A stretch of DNA of 59,865 bases, counting the filler. It is 4 parts of 4 records of this genome, joined end to end, with 100 filler letters (N's around TTAATTAATTAA, not from the genome) between each part and the next. Parts side by side here need not be neighbours in the genome. Positions count along the whole stretch, not along the records: positions 6,350 to 31,651 come from SRR20825019_2563; 3 more parts are not named here. One strand, written 5' to 3'. The notes under the pieces are model-generated. The model saw only the letters and a list, made by a program, of their open reading frames with translations, was not told where the DNA came from and did no database searches. Positions 9,251 through 17,529 of the stretch are shown piece by piece (within the stretch, counting starts at the first letter, position 1; each line of letters begins with the position of its first letter). A program made the translations under genes and the position numbers.

Positions 9251-9801
9251 GATATCCAAACGCTTTCACCTGTATAGGGAATGCAGCCTTCAAATCTACC
9301 GGGAACTGGATTGTAACGAAGGGCTTGGGTCGCACCAATCTCAGAAGTAAAATAACCCCAAACGGTAAGCTCTTTGAGCATGGTGAAAAAATGGGGCTTC
9401 TCCAAAGATGTGGCTTTTTTGGCCTCCTCATCAAATTGGGTAAGTAGATTTAGTTTTTTTTCTTTCGATAAAGAGAGAAATGATTCTCGAAATACATCTA
9501 TGGATCTTTCCTCGATTTTATCCAAACCACTGATAAAGATTAAGGCTTCATCTTTGCTATAACAGTCATTTACGATTGTTTTCATAAATGCTCCAATATG
9601 AGCTGCCTTTGCCCCAGGGGACTCGTCTGTGTCAGGAAGAATGGTTTCGCCTATTTCATCAAGAAAGTGAACATCGTCATTGGTTACAATTTCAGACCTT
9701 TTCTTGGGGGGCACAACACAGCCCGACAAAAAGAATTGGGCTCCTATGACACTTCCTCCCAAAATGGTGGCTGTAAGTTTTAAAGCATCTCTTCTTTCCA
9801 T
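9247..9801 (-). CDS. Gluconate 2-dehydrogenase subunit 3-like Tat lipoprotein (GMC small subunit)
   Basis: MERRDALK Tat motif, LSGC lipobox, ETILPDTDESPGAK, GYFTSEIG. Confidence 0.88.
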   Translation of the reverse strand: MERRDALKLTATILGGSVIGAQFFLSGCVVPPKKRSEIVTNDDVHFLDEIGETILPDTDESPGAKAAHIGAFMKTIVNDCYSKDEALIFISGLDKIEERSIDVFRESFLSLSKEKKLNLLTQFDEEAKKATSLEKPHFFTMLKELTVWGYFTSEIGATQALRYNPVPGRFEGCIPYTGESVWIS

Positions 9802-9836
9802 GTTTTAATCTGTTTGGAATAGTGGGAACATGACCA

Positions 9837-10919
9837 CTATACTTTCTTCCATAATTTATAGGGCTTGTCCACATCCGATTTGAAAGGAAGTGGCACTTTT
9901 TTTCCAGTGCCCGCTGATTCATAGGCCGCAAGAATCACTTCCAGTACAGCCTTTCCATCTTCCCCTGTCACCAAGGGCTGTTTGTCATTTTTGACACAAT
10001 CCACAAAATGTTCAAATTCCTGTGGGAAGCCATAGTTCCAGCTCTCTTCAAACATGGTATAGCTCCACCCAATGGTGTTTCCTGCCTTTTCCACAGCATA
10101 GCCCACTCCCTTGCTACTGTATGTTTGGATTGAGTTGCCTTGGAGTATATCTGCGTAGGCCACTCCTTCAGAACCATGTATTTCGGCTTTATCGTCCATG
10201 CCCCCGAGTTTGGTCCAGCTTTCTTCCATTACGGCCGTTACACCATCTTCGAATTCCAGAATAATAATGGAGTTGTCATCACCTTCGGTTTTATCGCCGT
10301 GCACACTGGTCATCATTTGGGCATATACCGATTTAATGTTTTTTTTAGGATGTAGCCATCTAAAAAATTGGATGGCATGGCAGCCCATATCCATAGTTAC
10401 CCCACCTCCAGAGCGTTCAATATCCCAAAAGTGGTCGGCGTGAGGGCCATCGTGTTTTTCCGATTGTTTGAAGAGCACAGGCTCTCCAAGGGCTCCTTCG
10501 TCCAATAAAGCCTTCAAACGCACATATTTAGGGGCGAAACAAAGTTCTTCGGCATACATGAGCTTTACATTGGCTTTTTTACAGGCATCGATCATTAAAT
10601 CCGCTTCCTTTAAGTTCATGCACAAAGGTTTTTCAACCACTACATGTTTGCCTGCCTTTGCTATCTTTAAAGTAATCTCACAGTGTAGATAGTTGGGTGC
10701 GCCAATGACCACCATATCAATTTGCGGCATTGCCAACATTTTGTCCAGATCCGTAAAATGATTGGGAATGTTGAACTTTTCTGCAAAGTTTTCGGCATGC
10801 CCTTTTGTAGGAGACATTACCGCTAAAATCTCCGCATCCGATACCCTGCTCAATGCATCGGCATGTATACTTGATATGAATTGAGAACCGACGAGTCCGA
10901 CTCCGACTTTTTTGTCCAT
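9837..10919 (-). CDS. Gfo/Idh/MocA-family oxidoreductase
   Basis: GKHVVVEKP and GGGVTMDMGCH motifs. Confidence 0.92.
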   Translation of the reverse strand: MDKKVGVGLVGSQFISSIHADALSRVSDAEILAVMSPTKGHAENFAEKFNIPNHFTDLDKMLAMPQIDMVVIGAPNYLHCEITLKIAKAGKHVVVEKPLCMNLKEADLMIDACKKANVKLMYAEELCFAPKYVRLKALLDEGALGEPVLFKQSEKHDGPHADHFWDIERSGGGVTMDMGCHAIQFFRWLHPKKNIKSVYAQMMTSVHGDKTEGDDNSIIILEFEDGVTAVMEESWTKLGGMDDKAEIHGSEGVAYADILQGNSIQTYSSKGVGYAVEKAGNTIGWSYTMFEESWNYGFPQEFEHFVDCVKNDKQPLVTGEDGKAVLEVILAAYESAGTGKKVPLPFKSDVDKPYKLWKKV

Positions 10920-10931
10920 AATCTTAATTTA

Positions 10932-12620
10932 TTATAACAATCCTTTTTTAAACTGGGCCGCAGCATATGTGGCTGCCCGTGCTGTAAGTGCCATATACAG
11001 AATGGATGGACTTTGATTGCCCGTACTGGTCATACAGGCGCCATCGGTCACAAATACATTTTTGCATTCATGCATTTGGTTGTATTTGTTCAGAAGGGAA
11101 GTCTCAGGGTCTTTCCCCATTCTTACACCACCCATTTCGTGGATATCCAATCCAGGTGCTTGGTTGTTGTCCTGTGTGTCTATATCCGTACAGCCCATTT
11201 TTTCGAGCATGCGACGACTTTCCACAAGAAAATCTTTAATCATTTTTTCGTCATTTTCATCATAACCAACATCTGTGACAAGTAAGGGAATGCCCCAATC
11301 ATCTGTCTTATCCTGGCTCAAATAAACCCTGTTCGATGCTTTTGGGATAGTTTCTCCCTGCATGTACATATAGATTTGCCAATTCCCGGGTTTACTTAGT
11401 TTGTGTTTAAAGTCTGCCCCAAGGTGTGGTTTCTCGTCAGGGATTTCTTCGGCTCTGTTTCGATAGGCTCCGGTAAAAATAGTATATCCGCCAAGAAAAT
11501 CGGTATCCTGTTCCTTTAAATTCCGGTAATTGGCTATAATACATTCCGATGGCCTTGAACCATAATAATATTTGTCCTCATATCCACTGATTTTGGCACC
11601 TGCTCGGGCCCTGTATATATGAAAACCGATATACCTTCCCAATAAGTCATAATCGTTGCCCAGACCATTGGGAAAACGATCGGATTTTGAATTGAGTAAA
11701 ATCAAATTGGAATTGAGTGCCGATGCATTCACAAAAATAATTCTGGCGCTGAAGATGAACTCCTCTTTTGTATTGGAATCAATGACCTTGACACCGGAAG
11801 CTTTTCCCGAATCCTCATCGTAAACAATTGAATGCACTACCGAAAACGGTCTAATCGTTAGGTTACCTGTTTTCTCGGCCCAAGGCAATGTGGAGGTGTT
11901 AGAACTGAAGTACCCTCCGAATGGACATCCTCTCATACACTTATTGCGACAAAGGCACTTGCCCCTACCTTGGTCCAAATGGGTTTGCTCTGGTTCGCTG
12001 AGGTGCGCCCATCTTCCCTGAGCCAAATATCTTCCAGAGAAATGTTCTTCGAGCGTGCTTTTCATGTGTTCCTCCACGCAGTTCAATTCGAAAGGGGGCA
12101 AAAACTCCCCATCGGGCATAGCCTCAATACCATCCTTATTACCACATACGCCAATGAATTTCTCCACATGGGAGTACCATGGGGCAATATCATTATAATC
12201 AATGGGCCAACCTATCCCATAATTGTACTTTTCAGGTGCTTTGAACTCGTAATCGCTCCAACGTTGACAGGCCCTTCCCCAAATCAGGGATTTACCACCT
12301 ACTTGATATCCTCGTATCCAATCGAAAGGTTTATCCTGTACATAGGGATGATCAGTATCCTTTATAAAAAAATGGGCCGTATCCTCCCCAAATCCGGATG
12401 CCCTGGTAATCAGTGGGTTTTCTTCATAGAACTTTTTGGTCATTCGGCCCCGGTGTTCAAAATCCCACGGATCCATGGTCATGGTGGGATAATCTTTGAT
12501 GTGCTCTACATCCCTTCCCCTTTCCAGTACGAGCGTTTTTAAGCCTTGTTCACAAAGTTCTTTGGCAGCCCAGCCTCCAGATATTCCCGATCCTATAACG
12601 ATGGCATCAAAATGTTCCAT
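10932..12620 (-). CDS. GMC flavoprotein (glycoside 3-dehydrogenase-like large subunit)
   Basis: IGSGISGGWAAKEL, RGYQVGGKS, IHEMGGVRMG and QSPSILYMALTARA motifs. Confidence 0.92.
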   Translation of the reverse strand: MEHFDAIVIGSGISGGWAAKELCEQGLKTLVLERGRDVEHIKDYPTMTMDPWDFEHRGRMTKKFYEENPLITRASGFGEDTAHFFIKDTDHPYVQDKPFDWIRGYQVGGKSLIWGRACQRWSDYEFKAPEKYNYGIGWPIDYNDIAPWYSHVEKFIGVCGNKDGIEAMPDGEFLPPFELNCVEEHMKSTLEEHFSGRYLAQGRWAHLSEPEQTHLDQGRGKCLCRNKCMRGCPFGGYFSSNTSTLPWAEKTGNLTIRPFSVVHSIVYDEDSGKASGVKVIDSNTKEEFIFSARIIFVNASALNSNLILLNSKSDRFPNGLGNDYDLLGRYIGFHIYRARAGAKISGYEDKYYYGSRPSECIIANYRNLKEQDTDFLGGYTIFTGAYRNRAEEIPDEKPHLGADFKHKLSKPGNWQIYMYMQGETIPKASNRVYLSQDKTDDWGIPLLVTDVGYDENDEKMIKDFLVESRRMLEKMGCTDIDTQDNNQAPGLDIHEMGGVRMGKDPETSLLNKYNQMHECKNVFVTDGACMTSTGNQSPSILYMALTARAATYAAAQFKKGLL

Positions 12621-12871
12621 AAAAATTCATAATTAAGAAATGTTCCATTTGATTGTTAATAAACCAGATGTGCCTAACTAATAAATCCGTTCAAAAAACA
12701 ACCTCGATTTTCCGGTTTACTGTGTGTCCGAGTTTCTTATCAGTAGTGATAAACTCATTCCCAAGAACAAATTGTAATTGCCTTGATTAAAGTTTAATTT
12801 CAAATATGGTCAATTCTTATATGTGTCTTTTTGTAAATTACTCCATATTTTTTGTAAAATCATGAAAGAAT

Positions 12872-13672
12872 ATGATAAATGGAGCACAGATAGATGATTT
12901 TAAACGCTTTTATTTTGAACTTGACGATAACAAGCCCATCCAAATCTTATTGAACAGGCATGAAAACAGAGAAGAAGGTTGGTTTGACATGCATTATGAA
13001 TTCGAACTGGGAGTAGTATTGAAAGGTAAAATGAAACGCTCGTACCTAGGATACGATATAGAAATAGGGCCAGGGGAGGTTTGGTTTTGCAATATGTGGG
13101 AACCACATGGTTTTGAAATACTGGAGGCCCCCTGTGAGGTGGCTGTATTTGTTATCGACCCAAGATATTTGGCAACCACACTTTTCTTAGATAGGGATAT
13201 GACTTCAACATTTATGGTTCCACCAATGGATAGACCTAGGACAGCAGTAAATTTGAAGGGCGAAATAAAGAATCTGGCAAAAAAAGTCCAACAAAGGTTT
13301 TCCAAAAAATATGATGCGGACTGGGCTAAAATATATTTATTTGAATTGTTGCTTTTCCTTATGGAAGAATGGAAAGTTCCCTTACAAGAATCAAATCATG
13401 GGCATAGAACCTCCATTCAAGGAGCCTTACGCTTGATTTTTGAAGAAAAAAGGCTCATAACCACTAAAGAGGCAGCTTTGGCGTGCCACATGTCCGTAAC
13501 TAAATTCACGGCCTTGTTCAAAGATCTAATGGGTTCAACCTTTTCTGATTTTGCATTACAATATCGAGTGAAGGGAGCCTCTTTTCAGCTAAAAAATTCT
13601 AATCTGACCCAAGAGACCGTAGCACTTAACTGGGGATTTTCCGATGCAAGCCACCTTCACAAATATTTGTAA
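12872..13672 (+). CDS. AraC-family regulator (cupin + HTH), C-terminus apparently truncated
   Basis: Cupin motif DMHYEFELG. The HTH ends at WGFSDASHLHKYL* and lacks the usual G-x-T/S-P-x-x-Y-R tail. Confidence 0.85.
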   Translation: MINGAQIDDFKRFYFELDDNKPIQILLNRHENREEGWFDMHYEFELGVVLKGKMKRSYLGYDIEIGPGEVWFCNMWEPHGFEILEAPCEVAVFVIDPRYLATTLFLDRDMTSTFMVPPMDRPRTAVNLKGEIKNLAKKVQQRFSKKYDADWAKIYLFELLLFLMEEWKVPLQESNHGHRTSIQGALRLIFEEKRLITTKEAALACHMSVTKFTALFKDLMGSTFSDFALQYRVKGASFQLKNSNLTQETVALNWGFSDASHLHKYL

Positions 13673-13685
13673 AACACATAAAATC

Positions 13686-13705
13686 CAAAATGGGGTAAGG
13701 CTACA
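13686..13705 (+). repeat. Left copy of a 20-bp inverted repeat: CAAAATGGGGTAAGGCTACA
   Basis: 19/20 identical to the reverse complement of 27833-27852. Confidence 0.85.
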
Positions 13706-13904
13706 ACCCGAATTGAACATTTTGATTGATAAAATTGTGGCGGAAAAATGGCACACCGGAGACAAAATTTCGGAACATATTGAGGAAATAAAATTTGAGG
13801 AATTTGATAACTCAACTAAAGATAAAATTCTGACCGAATTGTTCAATATCCAAATTAGAATGGTTGATGGCGGAGAGGAAACGGACTCTTATTGGCATCT
13901 TTAA
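13706..13904 (+). pseudogene. 3' remnant (or short TTG-initiated ORF) of an acidic cassette gene
   Basis: Frame PELNILIDK...EETDSYWHL* has no convincing start. Its TAA overlaps site copy 6. Confidence 0.45.
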
Positions 13905-13919
13905 AGTTTAAATAAACGA
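13903..13919 (+). repeat. 17-bp site copy 6: AAAGTTTAAATAAACGA
   Basis: Perfect GTTT-AAAT-AAAC core; overlaps the stop codon of the upstream ORF. Confidence 0.9.
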
Positions 13920-13936
13920 CGGGCAACCATTCATTG

Positions 13937-13944
13937 TAAATTTG
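13937..13944 (+). promoter_or_regulatory. Bacteroidota -7 element (TAAATTTG) for the hydrolase gene
   Basis: TAnnTTTG about 50 bp upstream of the TTG start at 13994. Confidence 0.5.
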
Positions 13945-13993
13945 CGTCTCTACTTATAGAGGCTGAAATTTTACTCTATAAAACCATTACATT

Positions 13994-15400
13994 TTGAAGA
14001 AAATCATCCAATCAGCTGTTCATTTTCTATGCTTCTTTGCATTTTGGACCGCTCAATCCCAATCTTGTCCTAATTCCGATAATGTCCCTGAACTTGATGG
14101 CTCCGTTTGCATTACTACCAAAGCCCCCCTGAATTATCAAGAAGGTGATGAAAATACTATAAACTTGTTCGTTAGAAAGTTTCCTGCAAAAAAAGATAGA
14201 AAGGGATCTATCTGGTTAATACCTGGAGGACCTGGTGAATCCGGTGCAAGTCTATATCCTCTGATCAATCAGTTCTCTAACCTATTTCCTAATCTGGATA
14301 TTTTTGTTCCTGATCATAGGGGCACTGGATATTCCAGTAAAATATGTCCCAAAGAAGAAATAGTTGATTCTCCAGATGGGATGGCTCTGGCCAATGATGA
14401 ATGGGGTCCCTGCTTTAACTACATGTACAGTAATTTGGAGTACGTAAAGGCATTTACTATTACCAATGCCGCTAGGGACCTTAGCTTCTTGATCAATGAA
14501 TTTAGTGGAACGGAAGAGCGCTACATCTACGGTGTTTCCTATGGAACACAATTGGTATTACGTTTGTTACAATTAGGGACAGTAGATCTGGATGCCGTCA
14601 TCTTGGATTCTCTGGTTCCCCTTCAAGACGATGATGAATTTGATCTAAGCCACAGATCATTGGTCACGGATGATGTTGGAAAATCTTTCCTTGAACAAGT
14701 TGATCATAGGGCACCTAACGACATAACCTTGGAAGAGCAATTGAACAGCATCATAGAGCGCACTAAAACGGATACTGAGTTTGCTGCTAATTTACCAAAA
14801 CAGGATCTGGCCATCCTTTTTGGTATGATGTTGGACATACCATATGTACGGAATTCAATACCAGAAATCATAAAGGGGCTTAATAGCAACGACTATGAAC
14901 CACTCCAAAAGGCCATCACACAGATCACAGCGTTTTATAATGACTATGGCGCGGCGTATCAATCCTCAACCAATTCCATTCCATTAACCCAGGTCATTAC
15001 TGCTTCTGAAAATAATCTGAGACCTGAAATGACAAAAACCGAAGTTATTGATGAGTCAAAAGATTTATTGTTTAAAAGTCCACTCCCCAGTTTAATTGCT
15101 GAAAATTCGATGCCAACCTACTCTAGGGATGAACACTTTGGGAAAACACCACAACACATACCCCCAACTTTGATTATCAATGGTACGCTCGATTCCAAAA
15201 CACATATTAAGGGAGCCGTGCGACATTACAAGCGTCTTGCCCAAAACAGCAGTTCAATATCCTTTATCAGAGTTAAGAACGCTCCGCATTTTATTGCACT
15301 TTTTGCACCAAGTGCATTTGAAAAAGTTGTAAGCAGGTTTATGAATACTAAGGCAATAGGAAACCAAACCGTTTCCGATGATAGCTTAGAAATAAATTAA
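13994..15400 (+). CDS. Secreted alpha/beta hydrolase (TAP/S33 peptidase-like)
   Basis: Signal peptide; GGPGESG, DHRGTG, nucleophile GVSYGT, GTLD and APH motifs. Confidence 0.88.
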   Translation: MKKIIQSAVHFLCFFAFWTAQSQSCPNSDNVPELDGSVCITTKAPLNYQEGDENTINLFVRKFPAKKDRKGSIWLIPGGPGESGASLYPLINQFSNLFPNLDIFVPDHRGTGYSSKICPKEEIVDSPDGMALANDEWGPCFNYMYSNLEYVKAFTITNAARDLSFLINEFSGTEERYIYGVSYGTQLVLRLLQLGTVDLDAVILDSLVPLQDDDEFDLSHRSLVTDDVGKSFLEQVDHRAPNDITLEEQLNSIIERTKTDTEFAANLPKQDLAILFGMMLDIPYVRNSIPEIIKGLNSNDYEPLQKAITQITAFYNDYGAAYQSSTNSIPLTQVITASENNLRPEMTKTEVIDESKDLLFKSPLPSLIAENSMPTYSRDEHFGKTPQHIPPTLIINGTLDSKTHIKGAVRHYKRLAQNSSSISFIRVKNAPHFIALFAPSAFEKVVSRFMNTKAIGNQTVSDDSLEIN

Positions 15401-15526
15401 TTAATGATACCGCCCAATATTTTTGTTAGTTCAAAAATATGGAGCAATTTTATTGCTTAGGAACTATGTTCGCTTCTAATTCCTTTTATTGTTTTAACGT
15501 TTTTATCTAATTAAGCCTCCAGAGCA

Positions 15527-15543
15527 ATAGTTTGGAAAAACGA
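15527..15543 (+). repeat. 17-bp site copy 7 (degenerate): ATAGTTTGGAAAAACGA
   Basis: Retains AGTTT-N4-AAACGA; lies downstream of the hydrolase gene. Confidence 0.65.
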
Positions 15544-15846
15544 TTTATTTTAAGTCTTTTAGCTCCAAAAAGAATCTTGTGACTATTATTTGGCCACCAA
15601 GAAAAATAGTAGTTCGCTAAAGGAATTACTCGAGTGAATTTGGAATAGGCACTCCAAGTGCAAACAAGACTCTTCTTTATTCGAGAGAATGAGACTTTAC
15701 TTGATGATTTGGATTCGATAGTACTTATTGTGAATCTAGGAACAGGAAAGGTCCAAGAGGATAAAAAAACCCCTGAACCTCTGTTCACCTTACTTTCAAA
15801 ACATATCAATGTTCTATCAATCGCTTTGATTGGTGAAAAAATTGGA

Positions 15847-17400
15847 TTAATCCAAAAATTTTCCATTCACATCCAAAGAAATTTCCTCCCTGTCTTCTCC
15901 TCTTTCCAATCGAACCTTATATCCTATAAAATTGGTATCGTTTACAAAATGTACTCCGGTTATTTCAAATCCAGGGTATTTTGACAATAATGACTCTTCT
16001 GCTCCTTCAGGCAGTGGATCTTGATAAGGAATGGTATTGGAAAATCTACGCTCCACAATGGCTTCAGTATCCCTTTCGACAAATTCATTGGGAAGATCTG
16101 CCCTTTTAATTAAGTCAAACGCATCATAAAGCGCTCCAACGGCCGTGTAGGATTCAAAGGACAATTTATTATCCTCGATGGTGATTACTTGGAACAACTG
16201 TGTGTTTTCAGCCGCCCTATCTCTTTCGGCATCATAACCTTCCCATGCGTTTTTTCGTAAGCCATACATTTTTCCACCACTTACCGAAACTACATATACA
16301 GTTCCAGTTTTATCTCTCATATTGACCCCATCCAATACATTTTCTTTGGGAGATACCCTGCCACGGGCATAACTATGATCATGTCCCTGCAGTACTAGGT
16401 CAACCCCATATTGATCAAAAATAGGCTTCATTAACTCCCTCCATTCTTTATTGTCCCTACCCTCGGAAGCGGAAAACAAAGGATGGTGAAATGTTACGAT
16501 GACCCAATCACTATCCGTTTTCGATAGTATATGATCTACCCACTCGGCTTGTTTCTCATGGTCAACATTACTGTTCAATCCAATAATCCGCATATTCCCA
16601 TAGTCCATGTAATAAGCGGTTTCTTCCAATCCCTCAGGTCCATTTTCCGGTAAGGTAAATTGATGTTTCCATTGTACGGACAAACTTCTTTCAGAAGCTT
16701 CAGGGCTCAAATTTCGATACTCATGGTTTCCCGGAATCGGAAAAGCACCAATGGAACTATGAATCCAACCACCAGCGTCAAACCATTCTTGCCATTGTTG
16801 TTCGTTGTGGGCGTTGTTTACCAAATCACCTGCATGCACAATAAATTTTGCATCAGGGGCTTTTTTATAGCTCTCCCTGATCAGACGTGACCATAATTCC
16901 AATATAAAATTTTGGGTGTCCCCTACGTATAAAAATGAGAACTTGTCCTTACTTTCTTTTGGTGCGGTTTTAAATTGAATCCACTCGCTCCATCGTTTGC
17001 CATCCCCTACCCGATATGCATAAGTTGTATCACTCTTTAAATCTGTAAACCACACTGAATGGTAATTCGCCAGTATTTCAGCCTCATTGATCTCTATAGC
17101 ATCAAAAGTTGTGGTCACTGCTTTTATGGTCTTTGCATTACGCCAAAATTTAGGGGCTGCGGTTGCAATGGCTATTTCTGCGTAGGCAGTATCTATTTCA
17201 GAAGTTGTTCGCCACGTAACACTGGCGGTTGTTGATGGATCCTCCCCATAGGAAAGTACAATTCTATCCGGGTGATTTGTGGGTTTGCGCCATTCCACAT
17301 CAAATTCCGGCGCTTTATAGGTACGGGGTTCCTGCCCTACAGTCTTACCCACTACCAATAACCCGAAAAAAAACATTCCAATTTTAAGTTTCGCTGACAT
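15847..17400 (-). CDS. Purple-acid-phosphatase-like metallophosphoesterase with an N-terminal FN3-like domain
   Basis: GDTQ, HAGDLV, GNHEY, FHHP and GHDHSYAR motifs; signal peptide. Confidence 0.92.
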   Translation of the reverse strand: MSAKLKIGMFFFGLLVVGKTVGQEPRTYKAPEFDVEWRKPTNHPDRIVLSYGEDPSTTASVTWRTTSEIDTAYAEIAIATAAPKFWRNAKTIKAVTTTFDAIEINEAEILANYHSVWFTDLKSDTTYAYRVGDGKRWSEWIQFKTAPKESKDKFSFLYVGDTQNFILELWSRLIRESYKKAPDAKFIVHAGDLVNNAHNEQQWQEWFDAGGWIHSSIGAFPIPGNHEYRNLSPEASERSLSVQWKHQFTLPENGPEGLEETAYYMDYGNMRIIGLNSNVDHEKQAEWVDHILSKTDSDWVIVTFHHPLFSASEGRDNKEWRELMKPIFDQYGVDLVLQGHDHSYARGRVSPKENVLDGVNMRDKTGTVYVVSVSGGKMYGLRKNAWEGYDAERDRAAENTQLFQVITIEDNKLSFESYTAVGALYDAFDLIKRADLPNEFVERDTEAIVERRFSNTIPYQDPLPEGAEESLLSKYPGFEITGVHFVNDTNFIGYKVRLERGEDREEISLDVNGKFLD

Positions 17401-17436
17401 CTTTAAGTTTTTTAAAAATCTATTTTAAATTAAAAC

Positions 17437-17465
17437 AAGGTGCAGCCCAAATATGGCTGCACCTT
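17437..17465 (-). terminator. Hairpin/terminator between GH92 and the phosphatase
   Basis: Stem AAGGTGCAGCC/GGCTGCACCTT, followed by a T-rich tract on the minus strand. Confidence 0.7.
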
Positions 17466-17529
17466 ACTCACAATCAAAAAAATAAACAAACTGAATTGAA
17501 CTGTTTATCTTTTATATGTTAAGTTATGG

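Larger units (their letters stand above)
6362..15543 (+). mobile_element. Putative gene-cassette array delimited by 17-bp direct repeats (integron/rAID-like)
   Basis: Seven same-strand copies of an AAAGTTYAANNAAACGA-like site, each at a module boundary. Contains a TA pair and small orphan genes, on the same contig as ICE tra genes. Confidence 0.7.

Noticed and set aside
12689-12699. GTTCAAAAAAC, partial match to the array site
   Set aside because: The spacer is one base short, and it lacks the leading AAA and trailing GA.
15426-15442. TTAGTTCAAAAATATGG, possible extra site after the hydrolase gene
   Set aside because: The right arm is lost; too degenerate to count, though a decayed copy cannot be excluded.
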